64,000 bases of DNA from Occultella glacieicola (GCF_004353825.1 NZ_SMNA01000003.1:434001-498000), one strand, 5' to 3'. Shown: positions 54,701 through 63,539, counted from the stretch's first letter. The notes: generated by a model from the letters alone, not told the origin. Numbers and translations are program-made.

Positions 54701-55480
54701 GACCGCGCCGGGGACCACGACCACCCGATGTCCCGCGAGCCGGGCCCGACGGGAGAGGTCCCGTCCGTCCAGGAATGGTCCGAGAGCCGGGTCCGGACCA
54801 CGCAGTTGCCGCCACACGGCCGCATCGATCAGCATGCCGGCCGTGCCGACGGCGTAGATGTCCTCGCGGCCGTCGTGCTGCCCCTGATCGACCTCGCCGT
54901 CCTCGATGCCGGTGAAACGCTGGCCGTCGAACGTTGCGCTGACACCCACGGAGATCAGCCGGTCGGGCTCGTCCCAGTCCACCTGCTTGGCGCCGGCGAT
55001 CGCGATCGCCCGGCTCCCCTCGACGGCACCGAGGAGCTCGGCCAGGGCCCCGGGCTCCGGTGCCGAGTCGTCGTGGAGCAGCCACAGCCACCGGCGTGCG
55101 CGGGCGGCCGCCACGGTCGGATCGCCCTCGGCCGGGCCGAGCCCTCCCTCGGCCAGGGCGCGCCGCACGGCCGCGCCGAAGGTCCGCGCACCCGCCGTCG
55201 GAACGATCGTGAAACCTTCCGGCGCCAGGCCCGCCTCGCTCGCGGCGTCGCGCATTGCGGTGGAGTCGGCAGCGGCCCTCGACCCGAGCGCCGCGATCAG
55301 GATGTGGTCGGGTTGCGTGCGCTGGGCCGCCAGAGCGGCCAGCGTGGTCGGCAGGTACGGGGAGTCCGCCGCGCCCACCACGACGGCGAGCGTGTTCCAG
55401 GCTGGAGTGGTGGTGGTGTGATCGTCCGCGGCGTCGGCCTTCATACTGCTTTCACTCGGCGAACGCCGAGACCCGCTCAA
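51743..55480 (-). CDS. Large GT2 glycosyltransferase fused to a multi-TM domain
   Basis: WLWLLHDDSAP, GAKQ, DQGQHD, RARLAGHRV; many TM helices; ATGA overlap with whiB. Confidence 0.85.
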   Translation of the reverse strand: MSGSRRSPSESSMKADAADDHTTTTPAWNTLAVVVGAADSPYLPTTLAALAAQRTQPDHILIAALGSRAAADSTAMRDAASEAGLAPEGFTIVPTAGARTFGAAVRRALAEGGLGPAEGDPTVAAARARRWLWLLHDDSAPEPGALAELLGAVEGSRAIAIAGAKQVDWDEPDRLISVGVSATFDGQRFTGIEDGEVDQGQHDGREDIYAVGTAGMLIDAAVWRQLRGPDPALGPFLDGRDLSRRARLAGHRVVVVPGAVVRHARSGYFGLREADGSRTLEPRAPEPRHSYRARRQAILHVRLTQVPVVLAPLVALAAIVAAPVRALWRVATKELELAGEEFLAPLGVLAHPRAISAARRRGSATRKLPYRRLRPLQASWWDVVRLRWDRRLQAATERRASRAPSELEMAERAAVALRRRLTLGVVLLLVTALSLLTMAPVAFSGALLGGALAPVDGTFAQIWDAALAPWIGTGDGHAGPPDPFLGILGVLSLLTGGPLGTPMRISIAVLLVAAMPLAALGGWFAAGVATRAVLLRAWAALAWALGPPLLLGLGEGRLGAVIAHLALPFVALGVMRALGLDRRDVIVSGMVGAQRVSPRSSARDGVMSGEAKRARLAALADPEAADPAEVSAEEPTELSDAGGDGSEDPTSEESTAAVRRPVPARAHLGAWDSDEPPVIASNTADGYLAEDEPEAATVVTRTSNIGSLGAAAAAGLAFTIACAGAPALLPAGVLALIVLALALGRRRNLAVGRKRLVLVALPALVVFGPLLSHALATADDGGWRLIFADPGVPFGSDPGPGWLALLGWPAAPTAVQFLGGTAATVVPLIASGTVLAAAVLALFRGAGRARAIRIAWLLVAVGVLTAAVAVRVPVGIGQGAGTDGDVVVHGWAGPGTSLVLLGLLAATLGAVDGLKGSLRQVSFGWRQPAAVVATIVVVVGLVCSATLWTSRVLAERNGTEPAALIRITARTAEPVPALGIEVQQPPQGARVLALTPTADGLDTQLWRGDGPQLTETASAVALAGLVRVESATDPADPEVLDAADADLAELVAALASGSATDAAAALATHAVAVVVVPSAEANASGVLADPTERGRLVALLDSVLGLDRVTENDSGVIWRVNLGEGSTDTSVGRAQVVDDAGTAPVTVPSSGVTAEGRIPVTGTGRTLILAERADPAWRAWIGGQPLRSVEVDWRQAFSIPDGAVGTIEARYEPALHAPWRVVTIVILTLTVLLALPTRRRRLEDT

Positions 55481-55806
55481 ATCGCTCGGCGCTTGAGCTT
55501 GCGACGCTCACGCTCGGACAGACCGCCCCAGATCCCGAACCGCTCGTCGTGCTCGAGCGCGTACTCCAGGCACTCGACCCGGACCTCGCATGAGACGCAG
55601 ACCCGCTTGGCCTCCCGGGTCGACCCGCCCTTCTCGGGAAAGAAGGCCTCGGGATCGGTCTGCGCGCAGAGCGCCCGCTCCTGCCAGGACAGCGCGCCGT
55701 CATCGTCGACGTAGCCGTCCACCGGGAAAGCGAGTTCCATGCGTGGGGCCGGGACCGGCTGCGGAATACCGTTGGTGAGCGGACCCTCTCCCAGAATGTT
55801 CCACAC
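55477..55806 (-). CDS. whiB: WhiB (WhiB2/WhmD-type) Fe-S transcription factor
   Basis: WQERALCAQTDPEAFFPEKGGSTREAKRVC..C.VR.ECLEYAL..DERFGIWGGLSERERR. Confidence 0.96.
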   Translation of the reverse strand: MWNILGEGPLTNGIPQPVPAPRMELAFPVDGYVDDDGALSWQERALCAQTDPEAFFPEKGGSTREAKRVCVSCEVRVECLEYALEHDERFGIWGGLSERERRKLKRRAI

Positions 55807-55861
55807 GGCTTACCCCAATCGTCGTACATGCCCCTGCTGCCGCGCCCAGTACGGGCGCTTG

Positions 55862-55933
55862 CATTGAATTACAACCGTGTAACACGCCCGAGTCAAGCCG
55901 AGAGGTCGGATCGGTGCCACTCTCCGGCGTGTC
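55862..55933 (-). promoter_or_regulatory. whiB promoter with palindrome and GACAC motif
   Basis: TTGACT (55891-55896), 17-nt spacer, TGTAAT; overlapping inverted repeat TTACA-N4-TGTAA; GACAC at 55929-55933. Confidence 0.6.
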
Positions 55934-55956
55934 GTACACGGCCTACGCTCATGGGT

Positions 55957-56766
55957 ATGGCTCACGATACGTCCCTCGAATCGGTCGGCGACCTGGTCGA
56001 GTTCTGGCAGCGCGTCGACTCGGCCTCGCCGCGGCTGACCTGGTACGGGGCCGACGGCGAACGCGTTGAACTCTCCGGACGTGTGCTGGCGAACTGGGTC
56101 GTCAAGGCGACCAACCTGCTCACCGAGGAGGCGGTCGCCGGCCCGGGTGTGGTGGTCGGGGTGGATCTGCCGGTGCACTGGCGCGCGCTCGTCTGGTCGC
56201 TGGCCACCCTGCAGGCCGGGGCCGCGGTGAACCTTGCCGGCGAGGGCGGCGCGGATCCGGTCCCGAGAGCCGAGGCCGGCGGCCCGGAGGCGGACACCGT
56301 CGTCACGGACCGCCCGGTGGGCGCGCACCAGCGCGTTCGTGCAGGTGGGAGCGTCATCGCGGTCGCCCTGCCGGCGCTCGCGAGGGCGTTCGAGGGCACC
56401 CTCGATCGTGGAGTGATCGACGGCGCCGCGGACCTGATGACCTACCCCGACGTGCTCGCCCTGCCTCCGGACGTCGATCCTGACGCGCCTGCGGTCGAGG
56501 ACGCCACGCACGCCGGTCTGCTCGCCTGGGCGCGGAGGGTGGCGGCTAGCGCTCCGGTCCCCGGTGCCGGCCGGCCAGCGTCGGAGGATCTCCCCGGCTC
56601 GCCGACATCCGGACCTCGCGCCCTGGTGACCGCGACCGATCAACGTGTGGTCCTGGCCACGGCGCTTGCGGTGTGGGCCGAGGGTGGCTCGGTCGTGCTC
56701 GTAGCCGGAGAGCGCTCCGACGCCGAACTCGCCCGGCTCGCCGACGTCGAGACGGCCACCCGGTGA
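55957..56766 (+). CDS. TIGR03089-family protein
   Basis: PRLTWY...GERVELSGRVLANWVVKATNLL, LPVHWR; TACGCT 7 nt before ATG 55957 (alternative ATG 55951). Confidence 0.88.
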   Translation: MAHDTSLESVGDLVEFWQRVDSASPRLTWYGADGERVELSGRVLANWVVKATNLLTEEAVAGPGVVVGVDLPVHWRALVWSLATLQAGAAVNLAGEGGADPVPRAEAGGPEADTVVTDRPVGAHQRVRAGGSVIAVALPALARAFEGTLDRGVIDGAADLMTYPDVLALPPDVDPDAPAVEDATHAGLLAWARRVAASAPVPGAGRPASEDLPGSPTSGPRALVTATDQRVVLATALAVWAEGGSVVLVAGERSDAELARLADVETATR

Positions 56767-56788
56767 CGATGCAGGCCGGGCGTGTCGC

Positions 56789-57976
56789 TCAGGGCACCCC
56801 GGCCTGAGCCAGGCGCCCCGTTCCCGAGAGCCGCACCGCACCCTCGTCCGCGGCCACGAACACACACTGTCCGCGGGTCACGGTCAGACCCGCCGGGTCG
56901 ACGTCGGAGGTCACGGCAACCTCGCCGTCCAGGCACAACAGCAGGCGCGGCCCGCGGCCGGGGATCCGGCGACGGTGCTCGCCGTCCAGGGTCGCGACCG
57001 AGAGCTCGAAGTCGTCGACCGGGGCGTAGTAGACACCGGTGCACTCGTCGAACATCTCGGGGGCGATCCGGATCGGCGGGGCGGCGACCCAGTCGATGGT
57101 CGCCAGGACCTCGGGGATGTCGACACGCTTGGGCGTCAGGCCGGCGCGCAGCACGTTGTCGGAGTTCGCCATGAGTTCGACGGCGAAGCCGCTCAGGTAG
57201 GCGTGGACGCCGCCGGCCGGCACGAACATCGCCTCGCCGGGGTGCAGCGTCACCGGGTTGAGCAGGAGCGCAGCCACCGACCCCGGGTCCCCGGGGTAGG
57301 CGGCGGAGAGGTTGGCCACGATCGTGTCCGTGCGCTCCGAAGGGGAGCGCCCGTCTCCCAACCGGGCCACGCACGCGGCCGCCGTCTCCTCGACGGCGGA
57401 GGTTGCGCCGTCGGATCCATGGACGAGGAGGTGCGTGAACGCCTCGCGCACGCCGGACGCCGTCGGGCTGGCCTGCAGGTGCCCGCGCATCACCTCGGCG
57501 AGCGGGGTGTCCAGTCCCTTCAGGAGCTCCGCGGCGCGGCGCGGCGCCCGGAACCCGCTGACGGCCTCGAAGTCCGTGAGCGCGTAGACGAGTTCGGGCT
57601 TGTGGTTCGCGTCGGCGTAGGTGCGCAGCAGGGGGTCGACGCCGGCGGCCTGCTCCCGCGCGTGCCCGGCCTGTGCCTGGTTCAGGTCCGGGTGCACCTG
57701 CAGCGAGAGCGGCCGCACCGGGGCGATGACCTTGAGCAGATAGGGCAGCGTCGGCCCGAAGCGGGCGACGATGTCGAGGCCGAGGATCCGGCTCGGGTCG
57801 CCGGCCAGGTGGGTGCGCAGCTCGCCGTCGTCGGCGAGCACCGAGGGCGCGGACGGGTGCGCCCCGAACCAGAGTTCGGCGACCGGTCGGTCGGTCGCCG
57901 ACGCACCGAGGAACTCCGGGATGACGGTGGGCGAGCCCCAGGCGTAGTCGCGGGGCGAGCCGGTGAGGGCCCTCAC
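56789..57976 (-). CDS. manA: Mannose-6-phosphate isomerase, class I
   Basis: YAWGS, AELWFGAHP, LPYLLKV, LSLQVHP, YADANHKPE, HAYLSG, MANSDNVLRAGLTPK. Confidence 0.95.
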   Translation of the reverse strand: MRALTGSPRDYAWGSPTVIPEFLGASATDRPVAELWFGAHPSAPSVLADDGELRTHLAGDPSRILGLDIVARFGPTLPYLLKVIAPVRPLSLQVHPDLNQAQAGHAREQAAGVDPLLRTYADANHKPELVYALTDFEAVSGFRAPRRAAELLKGLDTPLAEVMRGHLQASPTASGVREAFTHLLVHGSDGATSAVEETAAACVARLGDGRSPSERTDTIVANLSAAYPGDPGSVAALLLNPVTLHPGEAMFVPAGGVHAYLSGFAVELMANSDNVLRAGLTPKRVDIPEVLATIDWVAAPPIRIAPEMFDECTGVYYAPVDDFELSVATLDGEHRRRIPGRGPRLLLCLDGEVAVTSDVDPAGLTVTRGQCVFVAADEGAVRLSGTGRLAQAGVP

Positions 57977-59037
57977 CTGGTCCCGCTCGGACGCCGGGCC
58001 ACCTGCGCCGGCGGCAGATGCACCACCGGTGCGGTTTCCCGCCCGCCGTCGAGATACCACCGCACCATCGCCTCGAGCCCGTCCGGCAGGGTCACGCTCG
58101 GTTCGAATCCGGTCCCCGCCACGCGGTCGGCCAGGAAGGACGTCTCGGAATCGGAGAGCTTGCGGATCCGAGCGGACGTCACGGGTAGGTTGCGCCCCGT
58201 CGCGGCGGCGATCAGATCGAACGGCTTGGCGGCCAGGAGCGCCGGGGTCAGCGGGATCCGTAGGCCGGGCTGACGGCGCCCGAGGCCGGCGTAGACGGCG
58301 GAGACGACCTCCCGCGACATGAGGTCGGGCTTGTCGACGTAGTTGTAGACCTCGTCCTGACCGTCCGCCACCCTCGACGGTGCAGCCCACAGATGACCGA
58401 TCGCGTCGACGACGTTCGTGACGTAGCACATGCTCTTGCGGTTGGTCCCGGGCCCGACCGGCAGGAACCGGCGCCGGTCGATCTGCTGGATCAGCCGGTA
58501 CACGTTCGCGAAGTTGCGGGGACCGAACACGACGGCGGGCCGGATGATCAGGGCGCGCCGCCCGGGCCCGGACCGCTGCCAGTCCCGGTACGCGCCCTCC
58601 GCGGCGAGCTTGGACCGGCCGTAGTCGTTGACGGGGGTCGGGGTGCTGGTCTCCGACGGCGGGGTGTCCTGTTCGCCGTAGACGGCCACCGAGGAGTAGA
58701 AGCACAGGTTGGTGATCCCGTGATGATCCATCGCGGCGCAGACGGCGCGGGCGCCGCCGACGTTCACGGACTCGAAGGTCGAGGTGGTGATCCCGAAGTC
58801 GTGGTGTGCGGCCGCCAGATTCAGCACGGCGGTGCAATCCGTCATCGCCTCGATGAGCGCGTCGACGTCCCGCACGTCCCCGATCTGGGTCGGCGCGTCG
58901 GCGTGCGGGTCCTCGTACAGGTCGAACCGCACGAACTCGACGCCGAGCCGGTCGAACATCGGCGCGAGGTGCGATCCGACGAAGCCCGAGGCCCCCAGCA
59001 CGAGTACGCGGTCGGCAGAGGTGAGGACGTTCTCCAC
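57973..59037 (-). CDS. NAD-dependent epimerase, Gnu-like (GlcNAc-PP-polyprenol 4-epimerase)
   Basis: GASGFVG, SSVAVYG, YGRSK, IIRP.VVFGPRN..NVY.L, GTN.KSM.YV.N, EVYNYVDKPDL. Confidence 0.8.
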   Translation of the reverse strand: MENVLTSADRVLVLGASGFVGSHLAPMFDRLGVEFVRFDLYEDPHADAPTQIGDVRDVDALIEAMTDCTAVLNLAAAHHDFGITTSTFESVNVGGARAVCAAMDHHGITNLCFYSSVAVYGEQDTPPSETSTPTPVNDYGRSKLAAEGAYRDWQRSGPGRRALIIRPAVVFGPRNFANVYRLIQQIDRRRFLPVGPGTNRKSMCYVTNVVDAIGHLWAAPSRVADGQDEVYNYVDKPDLMSREVVSAVYAGLGRRQPGLRIPLTPALLAAKPFDLIAAATGRNLPVTSARIRKLSDSETSFLADRVAGTGFEPSVTLPDGLEAMVRWYLDGGRETAPVVHLPPAQVARRPSGTR

Positions 59038-59209
59038 GCGGGCGGGATCCTTCCGGTCGGTCGACAGTCCCCCACCATTATGGGGCCGAACCCGCTCCCG
59101 TTCGGCCCGCCCGGCGGTCGGCACCGGACCACAGCAGATCTGCGGCTATCGTGAGGGGCGCCGTACTCCCGCACACTCCCCCTGAGGACTCGAATCCCCG
59201 GAGGTCCCG

Positions 59210-59980
59210 ATTCTCGTCTCGGTCGTGATGCCCGCGCGCAACGCCTCGGCCACCGTGGGCGCTGCCATCGGCTCCGTGCTCGCCCAGACCCACACGGACT
59301 GGGAACTCCTGGTCACCGACGACGGTTCGAGCGACGCCACCGCTGCAATCCTGGCCGAGGCCGCGGCCGCGGACGAGCGCATCCGGCCGGGTCGCACCGC
59401 CGGCCGCAGCGGTGCCGCCGCGGCACGCAACGAGGCGATCGGGCGCGCGACGGGTGACTACATCGCATTCCTCGACAGCGACGACCTGTGGCTGCCCACG
59501 AAACTGGAGCGACAGCTCGCCTTCGCCGAGTCCGGCGACGCACCGCTGACGTTCAGCTCGTACTACAAGGTGGCCGCGGACTTCGACGCCGACCCGGCCC
59601 GCTGGACACCGAACGACCGGATCGTCCGCGCCCGGGAGCGACTGGACTACCGGGACATGCTGCAGCAGAACCACATCGGCTGCCTCACCGCCATGTACGA
59701 CCGGCGTGTCCTGGGCACCAGGTACATGCCGGACCTGCGCAAGCGGCAGGACTACGCCCTATGGCTCTCGATCCTGCGTGACGGCGGCGAGGCCCGCGGG
59801 CTCACCGAACCGCTCGCGCTGTACCGGGACGCCCGGGCCGGGTCGCTCTCGGCGAACAAGCTCTCGCTGGTGCGCTACAACTGGCAGCTCTACCGGGACG
59901 TCGAGCGCCTCTCGCTACCGCGATCGGTGTGGGCACTGGCCCAGACCACGGTGCGATCGGTGCGCAAGGGCCGGATCTGA
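59210..59980 (+). CDS. GT2 glycosyltransferase, TuaG-like; start codon uncertain
   Basis: LVSVVMPARN, DDGSSD, IAFLDSDDLW.P.KLERQ, IGCLTAMYD, KRQDYALWL, SLSANK. Confidence 0.85.
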   Translation: MLVSVVMPARNASATVGAAIGSVLAQTHTDWELLVTDDGSSDATAAILAEAAAADERIRPGRTAGRSGAAAARNEAIGRATGDYIAFLDSDDLWLPTKLERQLAFAESGDAPLTFSSYYKVAADFDADPARWTPNDRIVRARERLDYRDMLQQNHIGCLTAMYDRRVLGTRYMPDLRKRQDYALWLSILRDGGEARGLTEPLALYRDARAGSLSANKLSLVRYNWQLYRDVERLSLPRSVWALAQTTVRSVRKGRI

Positions 59981-60022
59981 CCGATCGGCTCGCGGGAGAC
60001 CCGAGCCGGCGCCGCGATGGGA

Positions 60023-61315
60023 TCAGGACGTGCCGACGACGATCCGCCGGACGCCGTCCCAGGCCGCCGGGTCGGTCACGTTCCGGCCGTCCACGAGCAC
60101 CTGGATGCCGGGGAGGTCCGCAGGGCTGAGACCGGCGTACTCGGGGTGGTCGGCCTGCACGATCGCGGCATCCACGTCGCCCCCGATCTCATAGGCGTCG
60201 AAGCCGTAGCCCGCGAGTTCCTCGGCGGTGTACATCGGGTCGTGCACGAGCACGGTGGCCCCGGCCTCGCGCAGCGCGGCGACGGTCGGGAAGACGCCGG
60301 AGAAGGCGGTCTCCTTGACCTTGCCCCGGTAGGAGGCACCGAGGACCACGACAGTCTTGCCGGACAGCCCGCCCAGGGCACCGCCGGCCAGCCCGACCGT
60401 GTAGGCGGGCATGTCCATGTTGGCCTCGCGGGCGGCGCGCACCACGGTGGCCTGGGGGTCGGTCCACAGGTACAGGCGCGGGTAGACCGGGATGCAGTGC
60501 CCTCCGACTGCGATGCCGGGCCGGTGGATGTGCGAGTACGGCTGCGAGTTCGAGGCCTCGATCACCTGGTAGACGTCGATGCCGTTCTCGGCGGCGAACC
60601 GGCCGAACTGGTTCGCGAGGCCGATGTTCACGTCGCGGTAGGTGGTCTCGGCGAGCTTCGCCATCTCGGCCGCCTCGGCGCTGCCGAGGTCCCAGACGCC
60701 GTTGCCGCGGGGCAGGTCCGGCCGCTCGTCGAAGTCCAGGACGGCCCGGTAGAACTCGGTCGCCTCCGCGGCGCCGGCTTCGGAGAGGCCACCGACGAGC
60801 TTGGGGTACTTGCGCAGATCCTCGAAGACCCGGCCGGTGAGGACGCGCTCCGGGGAGAACACGAGATGGAAGTCCTTGCCCTCGGAGAGGCCGGAGATCT
60901 CCTCGATGAGCGGCTTCCACCTGGTGCGCGTCGTGCCCACCGGCAGCGTGGTCTCGTAGGAGATCAGGGTGCCCGGCGTCAGATGCTCGGCCAGTGAGCG
61001 GGTGGCGGAGTCCATCCACCCGAAGTCCGGCTCCCAGGTCTCGTCGTTGACGAACAACGGCACGACGATGACGACGGCGTCGCTCCCGGGCACCGCGTCG
61101 GCGTAGTCGGCCGTGGCGCGCAGGGTGCCGTCCGCGGTGGTCTCGGCGATCTTATGCGCGAGGTGCGCCTCACCCGGGAACGGCTCGGTGCCGGCGTTCA
61201 CGAGATCCACGACGTTCTGATTGACGTCGACCCCGACGACCTCGTGACCCTTGCTGGCGAACTGCACGGCCAGCGGGAGTCCGATCTTGCCCAGCGCAAC
61301 GACGGTGATCTTCAC
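60023..61315 (-). CDS. UDP-N-acetylhexosamine 6-dehydrogenase (WbpA/WecC-like)
   Basis: LGKIGLPLA, ETTLPVGTT, FSPERV, AEMAKLAE.TYRDVNIGLAN, PGIAVGGHCIPV. Confidence 0.9.
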   Translation of the reverse strand: MKITVVALGKIGLPLAVQFASKGHEVVGVDVNQNVVDLVNAGTEPFPGEAHLAHKIAETTADGTLRATADYADAVPGSDAVVIVVPLFVNDETWEPDFGWMDSATRSLAEHLTPGTLISYETTLPVGTTRTRWKPLIEEISGLSEGKDFHLVFSPERVLTGRVFEDLRKYPKLVGGLSEAGAAEATEFYRAVLDFDERPDLPRGNGVWDLGSAEAAEMAKLAETTYRDVNIGLANQFGRFAAENGIDVYQVIEASNSQPYSHIHRPGIAVGGHCIPVYPRLYLWTDPQATVVRAAREANMDMPAYTVGLAGGALGGLSGKTVVVLGASYRGKVKETAFSGVFPTVAALREAGATVLVHDPMYTAEELAGYGFDAYEIGGDVDAAIVQADHPEYAGLSPADLPGIQVLVDGRNVTDPAAWDGVRRIVVGTS

Positions 61316-61416
61316 GTGTGTCCTCATCCGGTAGGGAAGGCGACTGAATTGCCCGCTGTATAGGCTACCGGTGCCGTCCGGTGCGGACGGCTCCCCACAC
61401 GTGAGGTCGCGATCAC

Positions 61417-62481
61417 ATGAAGGTCCTGTCCGTCGTCGGCGCCCGGCCGCAGTTCGTCAAGCTCGCCCCGATCGCGGAAGCGTTCGCCGGCTCGGACGAC
61501 CAGCACGTGATCGTGCACACCGGACAGCACTACGACGCGGCCATGTCCGACGTGTTCTTCGCCGACCTGGCGATCCCGTCGCCGGACGTGCATCTGGGGG
61601 TCGGCTCGGGCAGCCACGGGGTGCAGACCGGCACCATGCTGGCGGCGATGGACGCGGTCCTCGACGAGCACCGGCCCGACTGGGTCCTCGTCTACGGCGA
61701 CACCAACTCCACGCTCGCCGGAGCGGTCTCAGCCGTCAAGATGCACCTGCCGGTCGCCCACCTGGAGGCCGGCCTGCGCTCGTTCAACCGGGCGATGCCC
61801 GAGGAGCACAACCGGGTCCTCACCGACCACGCGGCCGACCTGCTGCTCGCCCCGACCGAGGTCGCCATGGGGCACCTCACCGACGAGGGACTGGCCGCGC
61901 GCAGCGTGCTCGTGGGTGACGTGATGACCGACGTGTGCTTCCGGGTGCGCGACGCCGTCGCGGGCACGCCGCCGGACCTGCCCGACGGCGTCCGTCCTGG
62001 CGGGTACGTCGTGTCCACCATCCACCGGGCCGAGAACACCGACGACCCCGATCGCCTGCGGGCGATCGTCGACGCGCTCGCCGGTGCGGGCACTCCGGTG
62101 CTGCTCCTCGCGCACCCCCGTCTGGTGGCGCGTTGCGCCGAGTTCGGAATCGACCTCGGGGCCGCGGAGACGTTGCACACGGCCGCCCCGCTGCCCTACC
62201 CGCAGATGGTCCAGGCCGTCGCCCACAGCGCCGGGGTTGTCACCGACTCCGGTGGGCTGCAGAAGGAGGCGTTCCTGCTCGGCCGGCCCTGCACCACGCT
62301 GCGCACCGAGACCGAGTGGGTGGAGACGCTCGCCGACGGGTGGAACGTGCTGCTGCCGGGCCTCGAGGGCCTCGCCGACCTCGCCGCGCGGCAAGCACCG
62401 TCGGCCCCTCAGGAGTCGCCGTACGGTGACGGGCGGGCGGCCTCTGCCGTGTTGGCCGCTCTGCGGGCTGCGCACCCTTAA
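61417..62481 (+). CDS. wecB: Non-hydrolysing UDP-GlcNAc-type 2-epimerase (WecB/WbpI-like)
   Basis: VGARPQFVK, HTGQHYD, VYGDTNSTLA, HLEAGLRS..MPEE.NR, TDSGGLQKEA, TEWVET. Confidence 0.9.
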   Translation: MKVLSVVGARPQFVKLAPIAEAFAGSDDQHVIVHTGQHYDAAMSDVFFADLAIPSPDVHLGVGSGSHGVQTGTMLAAMDAVLDEHRPDWVLVYGDTNSTLAGAVSAVKMHLPVAHLEAGLRSFNRAMPEEHNRVLTDHAADLLLAPTEVAMGHLTDEGLAARSVLVGDVMTDVCFRVRDAVAGTPPDLPDGVRPGGYVVSTIHRAENTDDPDRLRAIVDALAGAGTPVLLLAHPRLVARCAEFGIDLGAAETLHTAAPLPYPQMVQAVAHSAGVVTDSGGLQKEAFLLGRPCTTLRTETEWVETLADGWNVLLPGLEGLADLAARQAPSAPQESPYGDGRAASAVLAALRAAHP

Positions 62482-62484
62482 GGA

Positions 62485-62535
62485 GACGACGGCGGCCCGG
62501 CACCCACCGTAGGTAGGTGCCGGGCCGCTCTCGTC
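62485..62535. terminator. Hairpin between convergent genes (probable bidirectional terminator)
   Basis: 13-bp stem gcggcccggcacc / ggtgccgggccgc (62492-62504 / 62516-62528) with gacga/tcgtc extension. Confidence 0.7.
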
Positions 62536-62546
62536 GGCTTCGGTGC

Positions 62547-63539
62547 TCAGGCCTCGAGCTGGATGGTCTGGCCGGTACGGGCCGACTCGATGGCGGCCTC
62601 GGCCACGGCCACCGTGGCCGAGCCCTGCTTCATCGTGACGATGTCGGCCGGCTTGCCCAGTACCGCGTCCCGGAACGCCTCGTGCTCGGTCTTCAGCGGC
62701 TCCGGCTTGCTGATCGCGAACCTCACCACGTCCCCTTCGGACACGCCGCGGAACTGGGCGACGTCGTCCCACTGGGTCTGGATCAGGCCGTTCGCGTAGA
62801 ACGTCAGGTCCGCGAGCAGCGTGTCCGCCAGGAACGTCCCCTTCTCCCCCGTCACCACGGTGAGCCGTTCCTTCATCGGGGACAGCCAGTTCACCAGGTG
62901 GTTGGTGACGATGCCGCCGGACAACATGCCGGTGATCGCGACCAGGTCCTCGAACTCGCGACCACTCTTGAACGCCGTCCGCGCTGCGACCGAGGTGTAG
63001 GACTGCTGCGCCACCCAGGCGGTGAGGTCGATGTCGTGGGTGCCGAGATCCTTGACGACGCCCACATCGGCGATCCTGGCCGGGAACGGGCCCTGGCGTC
63101 GGGTCGCGATCTGGTAGACGTCGCCGAGCTCTCCGGCCTCGAGGCGTGCGCGCAGGGACTGCAGCGCCGGGTTGTACCGCTCGATGTGTCCGACGGCGCC
63201 GACGAGTCCCCTGCTCTCGAACGCCTCCGCGAGCGCACGGGAGCCCTCGGTGTCCTTCGCGAGCGGCTTCTCGATGAGTGCGTGCACCCCGGCCTCAGCC
63301 AGGGCGAGCCCGGTCTCGGTGTGGAACTGCGTCGGCACCGCGACCATCGCGTAGTCGATGCCCGCCGCGATCAGCGCATGGACGTCCGGGAGCACGTCGA
63401 GGTCACCGGCCACGCCGTGCGGGTCGCCGCCGGGGTCGGCGACGGCCACGAGGTCGACGCCGTCGAGCGATCGGAGCACACGGGCGTGGTGACGCCCCAT
63501 CATGCCGAGACCGATGAGGCCGGCGCGCAGGTTCGCCAT
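62547..63539 (-). CDS. Gfo/Idh/MocA oxidoreductase (WbpB-like sugar 3-dehydrogenase)
   Basis: GLGMMG..HAR, LIEKP, GHIERYNPA, DLGTHDID; TGATG coupling with the aminotransferase. Confidence 0.88.
   Translation of the reverse strand: MANLRAGLIGLGMMGRHHARVLRSLDGVDLVAVADPGGDPHGVAGDLDVLPDVHALIAAGIDYAMVAVPTQFHTETGLALAEAGVHALIEKPLAKDTEGSRALAEAFESRGLVGAVGHIERYNPALQSLRARLEAGELGDVYQIATRRQGPFPARIADVGVVKDLGTHDIDLTAWVAQQSYTSVAARTAFKSGREFEDLVAITGMLSGGIVTNHLVNWLSPMKERLTVVTGEKGTFLADTLLADLTFYANGLIQTQWDDVAQFRGVSEGDVVRFAISKPEPLKTEHEAFRDAVLGKPADIVTMKQGSATVAVAEAAIESARTGQTIQLEA

Noticed and set aside
45495..58837. Apparent long N-terminal extensions in the ORF track (45495..47201, 50190..53135, 56789..58837; also 33398..35356)
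   Set aside because: The extensions are Arg/Pro/Gly-rich off-frame readings of the upstream gene; real starts lie at stop/start overlaps or RBS sites.
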